DNA of 64,000 bases from Naegleria gruberi. Taxonomy: Eukaryota. The translations under genes were made by a program, and so were the position numbers. The stretch lies in the NCBI GenBank assembly GCA_000004985.1, contig GG738914.1; one strand, given 5' to 3'. How positions within the stretch are numbered: position 1 is the stretch's first letter; every line of letters starts with the position of its first letter. The notes under the pieces are model-generated. The model was not told where the DNA came from. It saw only the letters and a program-made list of their open reading frames with translations, and did no database searches. Shown piece by piece: positions 1-9,702 of this stretch.

Positions 1-262
1 CAAAAAGTTAGTTCGTACTTTTTTATGAAGAGATGAAGAGAGAGTGCTTATGGAAAGTTCCCATCTGAGTTTGGGGAATTTTCCATAAGCGGTTTTAGTT
101 ACCTTAATAATCATTGTTTAATATTACAAATTTAATAATTTATTAATTAAAGTGTTTGAAAATCAGGATAATTTAAGAAAATATTGGAAAGAAGCAAGAA
201 TTTGATGGTAAGAATTTGTTTTTTTATGGAGATTTTACAAATGTTGTAAAGATTAAATTAGT

Positions 263-826
263 TTAGGCGCATATCTTTCGTCTAGCGATAATCTTTGGTG
301 GTTCTTTCATTTCAAATTGTCCATATCTAAGAGTCTCGATCACATCACTATTTTCCATGTAAAAGTAACTGTATAGGCCTTGTTTCGAATGGAAACTAGT
401 CCACTGTTCTAAACTTTCTAAAGAGTTTGTTCGATTCTTGTTGGCACCTCCCACTTGTTCACATGCACTTGTGGAGTTTTGATTGTTGTTTAGACATGAT
501 TGTTCTTTCTTGTCAAGTTTAATCTTTTTCTGTTTGACATGGCTCAGAAAGAGGTGTTTTCTATTCGAAACTACCTTCTTTACACCACCAAATGATGCAG
601 TATTATCTTGTGATGAAGATGAAATGAGTGGTGAATGTGGTGATTGTTTCTTTGAATTTCGCCAATTAGGTTCCAACAGATTAGTTTCCTTTCTATCAGA
701 AGGCGAAGATGGTGTCTTGGTTCTATTCGATTGTTCTGCAAGAGGAGTAACCACAGCAATCGTTGTAGTCGAAGGTATGGACGCACGGTTATTCTCACCT
801 TTGATAAATCGAGAGAAACGTCTCAT
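263..826 (-). CDS. hypothetical Ser/Asn/Lys-rich low-complexity protein. The track ORF runs to 832 from a TTG; the first ATG is at 826.
   Basis: ~187-codon open frame on the minus strand. A 125-aa ORF overlaps on the opposite strand, so strand and coding status are weakly supported. No recognisable domain. Confidence 0.3.
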   Translation of the reverse strand: MRRFSRFIKGENNRASIPSTTTIAVVTPLAEQSNRTKTPSSPSDRKETNLLEPNWRNSKKQSPHSPLISSSSQDNTASFGGVKKVVSNRKHLFLSHVKQKKIKLDKKEQSCLNNNQNSTSACEQVGGANKNRTNSLESLEQWTSFHSKQGLYSYFYMENSDVIETLRYGQFEMKEPPKIIARRKICA

Positions 827-1470
827 GGTCAATTGTGTTAGTTTTTTTGTTAGAAGCTGAGAAGAGAAAGTATATTTGCGTGCAACCTTTTAAACGATAT
901 CTAATTAGCCCAACCAATCATGCTTTGTTTCAGTTTATATGAAATTCTGCTTGTTTGACGGATTTGTTTAAGGATTGTAAACGTCAAATCGGTTAAATAC
1001 GAAATCCTACGAAAGAAGAAAGTGCACTGTTGAGCTTTTTGCGAAAGACAATGAATTGTTGTAAAGAAAAATCAATTTTGGTTGAGTTTGTTTTGAAAAG
1101 GTTTTGGTTATGGTTTCATGCATGAGAATTGTGAAGATCAGAAAGGTTTCTAAAATGGAAATTGGATAGAGTAGTTTTACATTGTGGAAATCAGTTCTAC
1201 TAGCAAATGAATACTTGAAAAAAAATTAAATGATTTTCACAAAAAGGATATCTCTGCATTTTCATGTGAAAGTGTTTCGAATATTTTCAGTAGATGCAGA
1301 TCTTGAGGATGCAAACTACAGTTCATTACACAATTCATTGTAATCATGGAAGGTTAATAAAATAGAAACACTACAATAAGAGAATGCAATTTCCCTAATA
1401 ATGAAATAACAAGAAAATTTATTTACACACACGATTGTCTACGCTTTTATTCACACCAAAATATCTTGAT

Positions 1471-3249
1471 TTACATTCCACCAGACATGAATTTACGAGT
1501 TTCATTAAGGAGGGTTTGTTTAACCTTTTCATTGGCTTCATGGAGTGGTGTTCTACGGTTGTTATCCTCTATAGAAACATCAGCTCCTTTTTGAACTAGT
1601 AACTTAGCAATCTCGATATCTGGATTATTGTTCAGGAAAACTTTGTGAAGTGGTGTTTGACGAAGAATGTCTTGTTGATTCACATATGAAATAACCTCCG
1701 ATTTGTCATCTGCACTATCTGTCTTTTCCTTTCTTTCCTTTTGGTCAGTTTCCAATAAGAATGCAACAACGTCCTTTTGTAAATTTTGTGCAGCAAAGTG
1801 CAATGGTGTTAAATCCTCATCTGTTGTTGCATGAATGTCATCCTTGTATTTTTCAACTAGATCCTTAACTATGGCCTTGTTTCCTTGTTCCGAAGCAAGA
1901 TGGAGAATTGTCTTTTTGTGTCTGTCTCCAATCTTGAAATCAGCACCTCTTTCCAAGAGCAATTTGACAACGTCATATTGCTTATTAACCATGGCACAAT
2001 AAATTGGAGTTGTCATGTTATCGTCACGAGCATTAATATCGATATACGGATGTTCAATTAAATAGTCAAGCATAAGTCTGTCACCACGAATAGCAGCAAT
2101 GTGCAGTGGTGTTTTACCATCTTCTTCGTTTTGACAATTTGGATCGGCACCTTCCAGAGTTAACAAGACTACATCTGCGTAATTATTACTGTCAACTGCA
2201 AGGAAAAGAGAAACTTCAAGTGAAAATCCTTCATCATCCTCTTGTCCTTCAACTGGTTCTGGGAATTCCAATGAATTTCTAGCAAGTTCCAAATGTTTCA
2301 AGAAAGTTTCAGTATTTTTCAGTATTTTAGCAAGTTCAAAAGCACCCTTATTACCAATATGATTATCATTTAAAGATATTCTCTCAATACAAGCTCCATT
2401 CAAACATGCTTCAGCAAGAGCAATGGCACCATTATCGTAAATTTCGTTTTTGTCCAATAAAACTGTTTTTAAAGTCTTGTTTCGTTCCAAAATCTTTGCC
2501 AAATCCTCAGTACCTTGATCACTAATTTGATTATTTGAAAGATCAATAAATGTAACTGATTTGTTGTTACTGAGAGATTTAGAAAGTGCTGTTAAAGATT
2601 CGCAAGTAATGTCATTATTAGCAAGTATTATAGCTGATAAACTCTTTGTAGTTGAGTGAATTCCTCCCACAACTGGCACACATTGACGATCAGTCAACTT
2701 GATCTCTGACAAGTCAAGTGTTTCAATTTTGTAATTTCCATTCAAAGCAAAACCCAAATAATGGAAATCTTCATCTGTAAATGTTGTTCCTTTTGTTAAA
2801 ACCTTACTATACTTCCAAGTATTAGACTCGATATCAAAATGGAACTTTTTCAAAGAATTTGCAACCTTTTCAAGATCTTGAGCTTTGGATGATGATTGTG
2901 ATTTATCTTGTTTTTGATGACCAATAATTGCATGAAAGACATCAGCCCAATAATCTCTATCCTCTGTTGTACTAAATTCAAAATCGAGTGTTCTCTCCTC
3001 TCCGACCAATGAAAAACAATATTCCTCCTTTACCTTCTTGGATCGTTTGAATGGTTTTGTGGTACATCCCTTCTCAACTTTAGAAAATGTTGAGAGTGAT
3101 TCTGTAGACTTTTTAGTGGCTCCTTTATCGCCTGATTGAAGTGGTTTCCAAATGATTTTATCAAAGGAAGGACTTATAGATACCCAACGTTCATGAGGTG
3201 AACCCTGACGACCATGTTTAATACATTTGAAGCCTATTATATTATTCAA
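1471..3249 (-). CDS. PH-like domain + RNI-type leucine-rich repeats + ankyrin repeats protein. The 5' end is incomplete: there is no in-frame ATG, so a short upstream exon is probable.
   Basis: Translation has an N-terminal PH-like segment (…KIIWKPL…ERTLDFEFSTTEDRDYWADVFHAII). LRR units of ribonuclease-inhibitor type follow (LDLSEIKLTD, IDLSNNQISDQGTEDLAKILERNKTLKTVLLDKNEI, ISLNDNHIGNKGAFELAKIL). At least six ankyrin repeats follow (TPLHIAAIRGD…, TILHLASEQGN…, TPLHFAAQN…, RTPLHEA). The ORF opens with TTG and has no Met in the first ~100 residues. Confidence 0.8.
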   Translation of the reverse strand: MNNIIGFKCIKHGRQGSPHERWVSISPSFDKIIWKPLQSGDKGATKKSTESLSTFSKVEKGCTTKPFKRSKKVKEEYCFSLVGEERTLDFEFSTTEDRDYWADVFHAIIGHQKQDKSQSSSKAQDLEKVANSLKKFHFDIESNTWKYSKVLTKGTTFTDEDFHYLGFALNGNYKIETLDLSEIKLTDRQCVPVVGGIHSTTKSLSAIILANNDITCESLTALSKSLSNNKSVTFIDLSNNQISDQGTEDLAKILERNKTLKTVLLDKNEIYDNGAIALAEACLNGACIERISLNDNHIGNKGAFELAKILKNTETFLKHLELARNSLEFPEPVEGQEDDEGFSLEVSLFLAVDSNNYADVVLLTLEGADPNCQNEEDGKTPLHIAAIRGDRLMLDYLIEHPYIDINARDDNMTTPIYCAMVNKQYDVVKLLLERGADFKIGDRHKKTILHLASEQGNKAIVKDLVEKYKDDIHATTDEDLTPLHFAAQNLQKDVVAFLLETDQKERKEKTDSADDKSEVISYVNQQDILRQTPLHKVFLNNNPDIEIAKLLVQKGADVSIEDNNRRTPLHEANEKVKQTLLNETRKFMSGGM

Positions 3250-4462
3250 TATATATTGATGATGATATAGAATTATTATTACAAAACATTGTTATTAATT
3301 ATATTAAAGTTAATTATTATAGTTGTTCATCAATGATGCAAGAAGAATAATGGTGAAATTATAATTTGTTTTGTTTGCATAAAGATGAAGAAATTGTTAT
3401 TGTTGTGTTTGAAAGGAAATTTTTTACCAATTATTTGCCATTAAATTTGATGAAGGTTGTGTGTTGATATGATGAAATAATAACAACAATGAAGACAAAT
3501 TACATTCCGTACGAAAATGTTGATGATAATGTTGGAGTTATTAGAGTAGAGATAGGTAGATGGCAATGAACAGTAGCATAATATTAAAAAACAATGTTAA
3601 CATTTTCCAGTAAATTTCCAGTTTTTTGACAATTTGTTGAGAACAAGTTATTATTGATTGGTCAATTATGATGAAAAGATGATAATTGTTGTTAATTTAC
3701 TATTATTTGTCAAACAGTGTTGATACATACCTGTCTTGAGTTTCTTCAAGTAATTTTCAATCTTTTTATGTTGAACCAATTGTTCGTACATTGTTTTAAT
3801 TCACTAGAGAGTTAATGTCTAGGTTGTTGTTATTTGATGAAAGTTGTCAATTCAAATACACAATTTTTTTCACTCTTCCACAATGATAATATGTGGTGAT
3901 GTTCTTGTTACTTTTTTTTCGGTTGACACTTGAAGGCCCTGTTTGAAAGATTCGGTGCCTAAAACTGCAAGACATTGAAAGCGTCATTAACTAAAATTTA
4001 GAATAGCAATTCTTTAATTGTCTTGAGGAAGACGTTGTTGCATTTATGTATGAACTGTTGGAAATGCTAAAAGTTTAGGTTCTTGAAAATAAATTCAAAC
4101 ACATCTTCAACAGTTAATTATTTGATATTATGTCTAATGTAATATAACATAATGATATTTAACATTTTCAATTCTCCATAATAGTAGCTTGGACCATTTT
4201 GTTTCGTTCATTTATGTGTGATCGATTGGTTTTCATTACAAAATTTCATTACATTAATTTTCCTTCGTATTTTCCATTTTACCTTTGATCCCTTCATGCT
4301 GCACAGCAGCTTAGGTATTATCTCGATTCCCAAACCAATTTGTTTCTTTGTTCAAGAAGAGAGTTCCCTCATTGTTTGATCTTTTTTTTTCTGTTTGACC
4401 ATTCAAATTTTGGCGGGGAAACAAACTACAACAAAACACTTACTTGATTTTAGCTCAAAAAA

Positions 4463-6007
4463 ATGCTTGCCAATGATGAGACAACTTCTTCTTCGTCATC
4501 CACAAGAACAAGTCAAGGAAATTCTCCTCCTGCTACCATCAAGGTAAGGACTGAGGACGGCTCGTTGGAGGGTGAATTTAGGGTGAGGGAAATTAAATCT
4601 AAAAAACTTCCATCTTTTTTGAGCAAGAAGAGAAAACCAACTTCGGAACAGGATGAAAATAATTCTATTGGTGATGTAAATAAGGATCAATTAGAGGTGA
4701 ATAATATGAAAAAATATAAAGTGGACATGCAAGAAATTGAGTCTTATTTCAATATGGATGATTGTATTTTACATCAGGAATGTGGAAGAAAATGTATGGT
4801 TATGGATGGCTCTGTCAACCCATCAATATCTTATATTGTGACTGGTACAAAAAGGTCAAATGAAATTGTGGAGGAAATTCCCTTCGATCCTAAAATGAAA
4901 AGAACTGTCATTATGTTTGATAAAAGAATGGGATTACATATGGGAAGAGGTTCTCACCCAGAGTCACCAGCTAGATTATCTGGAATTTGGAGCTTTGCCA
5001 TTGAGGAATTTCATTTTGATAAGGGTTGTACAATAATTGAAGGTAGAAAAGCAACGAGAGAGGAGTTGGAGTGGACTCATTCACCACATCATGTGGACGC
5101 TGTAATGGCGTCACATTTAGAAATGTTCAATTTCTCAACAGATGTATTTGTTGGAGAGCAATCAGGAGATGCAGCACGAGTTGCCAGTGGAGGACTTATA
5201 GAGATTGCAACCAAAGTGATGAATGGAGAGTTTGACAATGGCTTTGCAATTATTAGACCTCCAGGGCATCATTGCTACTTTGATAAGGCAAGTGGGTTTT
5301 GTATAGTCAATAATGTGGCTGTTGCTGCAAATGTGTTGGTGAAGAGATCATTGGCTAAACGAATAGTAATTGTAGATTGGGATGTACATCATGGCAATGG
5401 AACACAAGCAATACTGGAAGACCAATTTAAGGAACGTTTCGATAATTGCAATCCAAATAATGATGAAAAGCCAGAGATTATTTTCTTCTCTCTGCATCAA
5501 ACAAAGAATAATTTCTATCCAAAAACTGGAACATTAGAACAAATTGCTTACGAGGGAGCAAAGAAATTTATTTTCAATATTCCATTCGATGAGACATATG
5601 GAGATCAAGAAATACTAAATGCATTCGAGCAAATCATCATGCCAATAGCGAGTAACTATAATCCAGATATTGTTCTCGTTTCAGCTGGCTTTGATGCAGT
5701 AAAAGGAGACAAACTGGGTGGTCAATTATGTTCTCAACAATTATTTGGTCACCTAACATGCATGCTTAAAACATTGGCAAATGGAAAGATTGTATTAGCT
5801 CTCGAAGGAGGTTATAACATTCAAGAAACTGCAGGATGTGTAAAAGAATGTGTTTCAGTGTTGTGTGGACAAGAACCACAGGGTCTCTCCTCTCTCTTCC
5901 AAACCATGTATCTGAAAGAGGAACAAATTGAAAAACATTCTAATATGATGGAAAGAGTAAAGCAATTTTACTCTGCCGAGTTCAATAAAATGGATACCAA
6001 TCTTTAA
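4463..6007 (+). CDS. histone deacetylase family protein (class II / HDA1-HDAC6-like catalytic domain)
   Basis: Start is in an aaaaaaATG context. Conserved HDAC motifs are present: HPESPARL, IIRPPGHHC, DWDVHHGNGTQ, GFDAVKGDKLGG. Single 514-codon exon. Confidence 0.9.
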   Translation: MLANDETTSSSSSTRTSQGNSPPATIKVRTEDGSLEGEFRVREIKSKKLPSFLSKKRKPTSEQDENNSIGDVNKDQLEVNNMKKYKVDMQEIESYFNMDDCILHQECGRKCMVMDGSVNPSISYIVTGTKRSNEIVEEIPFDPKMKRTVIMFDKRMGLHMGRGSHPESPARLSGIWSFAIEEFHFDKGCTIIEGRKATREELEWTHSPHHVDAVMASHLEMFNFSTDVFVGEQSGDAARVASGGLIEIATKVMNGEFDNGFAIIRPPGHHCYFDKASGFCIVNNVAVAANVLVKRSLAKRIVIVDWDVHHGNGTQAILEDQFKERFDNCNPNNDEKPEIIFFSLHQTKNNFYPKTGTLEQIAYEGAKKFIFNIPFDETYGDQEILNAFEQIIMPIASNYNPDIVLVSAGFDAVKGDKLGGQLCSQQLFGHLTCMLKTLANGKIVLALEGGYNIQETAGCVKECVSVLCGQEPQGLSSLFQTMYLKEEQIEKHSNMMERVKQFYSAEFNKMDTNL

Positions 6008-6136
6008 ATTGGTTCAGTCTCAAATTTAATAGAAAATTCAACAACCAAGAAAAACTGTGAATGTGTAACAGAAAAATCTTTTCACATGTCCATTTGAAAT
6101 CAAATTTCATAATCATCAAACATCCTATCAAAAAAA

Positions 6137-6806
6137 ATGTCTCAACATCATCAATATAATATCATTTCATTGATGATATTAATGATATTCTTTTTAGCAG
6201 TAAATATTCACTCTGCATCATCATTATCACCATCTACTATTATAAATATTAATAACAATCATCAACATGCTAATGATAATTTAGAATTTCCAGTTTATCC
6301 ATTTACCAAATCATTAACATTAAACGACACAGGATCCGATGTATATAAATTACAATTATTATTATATAGATATTATAATTGTGAAAAATTATATCCAAAT
6401 CAACAAGATACATTTTTATCTTCTATTTTTGATATTAAAACTATGAATTGTTTAATTAATTTTATGAATGAAAATAATTTAAATGTTAATATAAATAATA
6501 ATAAGTCACCATATATATCATTAACACCAAATGTAGCAAAAGAATTGGTTGATAAATATATGGATAATGATGGATATGTTGATTCATATGTGTATCCTAA
6601 TGGTACAATGTATAAGCAAATACCATCTCAATATAAATATTATGTTTATGTACCTGTTTATAGAAATAGATCAATTGAAAATATTTGTTATTTATTTGAT
6701 AAATTTGGAAATAAGAGACATTCTTTTAAATGTAGAACTCACGGTCAACCTAATTTAAATCAATTGACTTCTGATGGTGATACTCCAACTGGTTTATATA
6801 CTTTTG
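6137..6806 (+). CDS. exon 1 of 2: secreted protein with a signal peptide and a putative peptidoglycan-binding domain (PG_binding_1-like)
   Basis: aaaaaaaATG start. Hydrophobic N-terminus MSQHHQYNIISLMILMIFFLAVNIHSAS. The segment GSDVYKLQLLLYRYY…DTFLSSIFD…NCLINFM resembles a PG-binding helical bundle. The exon ends at a GTATGT donor one nt into a Gly codon (phase 1). Confidence 0.7.
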
Positions 6807-6887
6807 GTATGTTTTTTGTTTAATTTTTTTTTATTAATTTCATTAATATTTTTAATATTTGTTTAATTTTATTTAATTTACAAATAG

Positions 6888-7210
6888 ATTTAAATACACC
6901 TGAAGATAATCCAGTAGAATATGGACCATATGATGTGAATAGAGCAGTGTATGGATTAAAAGGAAATAGTTTGTTAATATATCCTAAATATAGAAGTGGA
7001 ATATTGATGCATACAGGTGAATGGAATATTAAACCAAATGATCCAATGCCAAATTCACATGGTTGCATTCATGCAATGCCACATGATATTCAATTAATTG
7101 CAAATATTTTAAAAAATGAATTGGGTGTTGTTGCAAATGAAAATACTTTTGGTAAATATCCATATCCATATCAACAACAAGGTTTATTAAGTGTTGTTTT
7201 AATTAAATAA
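6888..7210 (+). CDS. exon 2 of 2: L,D-transpeptidase (YkuD/ErfK-like) catalytic domain
   Basis: An 81-nt intron (6807..6887, GTATGT…CAAATAG) restores the frame. The exon translates …LNTPEDNPVEYGPYDVNRAVYGLKGNSLLIYPKYRSGILMHTGEWNIKPNDPMPNSHGCIHAMPHD… The ILMHTG and SHGCIH(A)M motifs match the LIHGT / SHGC(I/V)R active-site signature of L,D-transpeptidases. The TAA stop is at 7208..7210. Confidence 0.7.
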
Positions 7211-7377
7211 ATTATTTACCTTTCAACTCTGCTACTCTTACTCTTGGTTCAGCAAACATTGTATGAAGTAATGGCTAAATCAATAATGGTACTTGTAGTG
7301 TACACAATTGCTTTTCTTTTGGTATTTAGAGGCAAAATGTATCAGTTCAAAGTAATGGAATATTTAAGGTTAAAATT

Positions 7378-7450
7378 TGCCGACACCAGGGATCGAACCA
7401 GGGACCTTAAGATCTTCAGTCTTACGCTCTCCCAACTGAGCTATGTCGGC
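7378..7450 (-). tRNA. tRNA-Phe: tRNA-Phe (anticodon GAA)
   Basis: The reverse complement reads GCCGACATAGCTCAGTTGGGAGAGCGTAAGACTGAAGATCTTAAGGTCCCTGGTTCGATCCCTGGTGTCGGCA. It has a canonical cloverleaf, an anticodon loop CTGAAGA, A and B boxes and a discriminator A. The track ORF 7244..7489 overlapping it is spurious. Confidence 0.9.
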
Positions 7451-7547
7451 TTCTTGCTTTGTAAGATGTTTCATCAAGCTTGCTTATAAATGAAATGGTG
7501 GCGTTATTCCACCACACGCAAGAACTTTAGAATTTAAAACAAAAAAA

Positions 7548-8522
7548 ATGACAAAAAAGAAAAAGTCACATAATGCTGGTTATCAAAGTGGGAAGAAGCA
7601 AAAACCCAAACAACAACAGCAACAACATTCCTCCGATGAAGATGACTATGATCATACTCATCCTATGAACGTGATGGACATGATGAATCAATTCTACTCT
7701 AACATCCCAGCCACCGTCTATAGTAATGGTCAAAAGATTGAACATGCCGATAGTAGGAATGCCTTTTCATCGTTTATGAGCAATTTACCATCGGATAGTC
7801 AACAATCAATGAAGGAATTAATGGCTAGAAATTTACATTGTGATGAGGATCAAGTAGAGGAAATTTATGGTAACAAGAAGAAGAATAATAACAATCAAAA
7901 GGCTTCAGCATCAGAAAAAGCAAAATCTAATTCTACACCAACTAGTGTTGCTACTTCTTCTTCTGCTACTCAACAATCAAAGAAGCCTCCTGTAAATATA
8001 TTCAATATGGAGCCTTTAGGAGAAACCCTGAAGGAGCTTAGGTTTGCCACGAGTGCTGAGTTTGATGAGCATTCGAGAAAGTTTGTGGAATTTCATTCCA
8101 AGTGTGCTAAGGCATTAAAGGAGGAGTATGGAATGCACACTGATCGTATGGTTGGTATTCCTATTGCTACTTTTGATTCGGAATTATTGGAAATTGCTAT
8201 AGAACAAGCAGCTCTTACCAGAGAAACTCAAGCTAATTCGAATAAGAAGGAAGACAAGGAACATGTTATGCCGCTAGAGCCATTCTTGGATAAGACATCA
8301 TTACCTGATTGGCATGTATTCAAAATTAATGGAAAGGGAAGTGTTATTGCAGGTCAATTGGCAGCAACTCTTTGTAAATTGTTCAGATTACCACTTGGAT
8401 CTATTAGAATTATTTATACTAAATATTACAACTGGAAACGTGAATATAAGGAAGCAGGCGAATTTGAACCAAGAGGAGAATATATAATTGCTGTCCTATT
8501 CCAATACAAAGAAAGGTATTGA
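7548..8522 (+). CDS. hypothetical protein, 5' part. It is probably continuous with the next ORF through a +1 frame change.
   Basis: aaaaaaaATG start, 324 codons, acidic/Ser-rich N-terminus. Frame A stops at 8520..8522, while frame B opens at 8488, only 35 nt earlier. Confidence 0.5.
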   Translation: MTKKKKSHNAGYQSGKKQKPKQQQQQHSSDEDDYDHTHPMNVMDMMNQFYSNIPATVYSNGQKIEHADSRNAFSSFMSNLPSDSQQSMKELMARNLHCDEDQVEEIYGNKKKNNNNQKASASEKAKSNSTPTSVATSSSATQQSKKPPVNIFNMEPLGETLKELRFATSAEFDEHSRKFVEFHSKCAKALKEEYGMHTDRMVGIPIATFDSELLEIAIEQAALTRETQANSNKKEDKEHVMPLEPFLDKTSLPDWHVFKINGKGSVIAGQLAATLCKLFRLPLGSIRIIYTKYYNWKREYKEAGEFEPRGEYIIAVLFQYKERY

Positions 8523-9600
8523 GGAATTTAAAGAATGGAAAAAGAAAGTAGATACATACTCTAAGAGCTTTGGATATTTCAATACCAGGTCTGCTGAGGA
8601 TATTATTAAATCCAAATTAGATTGGCGTGAAAAGAGTAAGAGAGTTTTCAAGCTCGAACTCGACACTTCCAAACCACTTACTGAGGAAGAAAACCTGAAT
8701 TGGCTTAAATATTTCCATGACAGAATGATTACTCAAAAATTGCACAATGATTGTTGTGATGATGAAGTATTTGATGGTAGTGTTGAAGTAATATGGAACT
8801 GCCTGCAGCACATGATGAGACAATTGTATGACCCTTCCATATCAAAAGAATACTTACACAATTTCGTTGCTCAAAATGTATTCCTTTCCATTCGTCCAAA
8901 CTATAGAGATCACAAATTCTTGTGTGGATTTAAATCATACACTAGATTCTACTCTCTTCATTCATATGGTTGTGTGGATTTCAAGTATGCATTCTTCCAT
9001 ACAACAAAATACTATTCCCACGTATTTTACACAACTCTACTTTATAGAATTGTTGATTTGGCAGATAAGGAAAGCAGAGAGGATCAATCGTCTGGATGGA
9101 AACCTGTATGGGATAACAAATTAGCCAACGATCCAAGATTCCAAGAAGAAGATTGGATTACTATTGAAAAGAGGCAAGTGAACATTACTCTTCCAGAAAT
9201 TAAGGAAATTAGAGAAACTTTAATTGGAAAAGAAGGAAAATTGAATTGCATTCCTATTAGCAAATTCCTGTACACTATATCGAACGGAACTGGTGCTGGT
9301 AGTGGTGAAACTACGCTTGTTGATGATGATAAATGGATCGAAGTTAGACTAAGAAAGATTTGTAATGAACTAAAACCAGAAGATGCCGAATTCAAGGAAC
9401 ATGATTTCAATAAGGATATTCAAAAACAATTGGAAGAAATGAAAAAGAAAAAACCAAGCAAGAAGAATAGAAATCCAATGCAAAGCGACGCCAGCTATCC
9501 CAACGATGAAGAATCTGGTAACATGTATAGAATGTTAAAGAATGGAAGAGGTGGTGGCGATGGTGGATTTGGAGGACCTCCAGGTTGTGGCCAAATGTAA
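8488..9600 (+). CDS. hypothetical protein, 3' part of the same gene, or an independent gene. It ends …GPPGCGQM, a CaaX-like C-terminus.
   Basis: 370-codon open frame without an early ATG (first Met ~74 codons in). The C-terminal Gly-rich tail ends CGQM. Confidence 0.5.
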   Translation: MLSYSNTKKGIEEFKEWKKKVDTYSKSFGYFNTRSAEDIIKSKLDWREKSKRVFKLELDTSKPLTEEENLNWLKYFHDRMITQKLHNDCCDDEVFDGSVEVIWNCLQHMMRQLYDPSISKEYLHNFVAQNVFLSIRPNYRDHKFLCGFKSYTRFYSLHSYGCVDFKYAFFHTTKYYSHVFYTTLLYRIVDLADKESREDQSSGWKPVWDNKLANDPRFQEEDWITIEKRQVNITLPEIKEIRETLIGKEGKLNCIPISKFLYTISNGTGAGSGETTLVDDDKWIEVRLRKICNELKPEDAEFKEHDFNKDIQKQLEEMKKKKPSKKNRNPMQSDASYPNDEESGNMYRMLKNGRGGGDGGFGGPPGCGQM

Positions 9601-9702
9601 ATAAATCTCTAATTCTTGATTGTTCCAATTTAATAATAGGAAATTATTAATATTTGAAGATATTTGGGATTTTAAAGATTGAGTTTTTTAGTTGTTTTAT
9701 AA

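Noticed and set aside
483-860. 125-aa plus-strand ORF
   Set aside because: It is the mirror image of the longer minus-strand ORF 263..832. Only one can be coding and neither is strongly supported, so I kept the longer one at low confidence.
7244-7489. 81-aa plus-strand ORF
   Set aside because: It fully overlaps the antisense tRNA-Phe gene and has no coding features.
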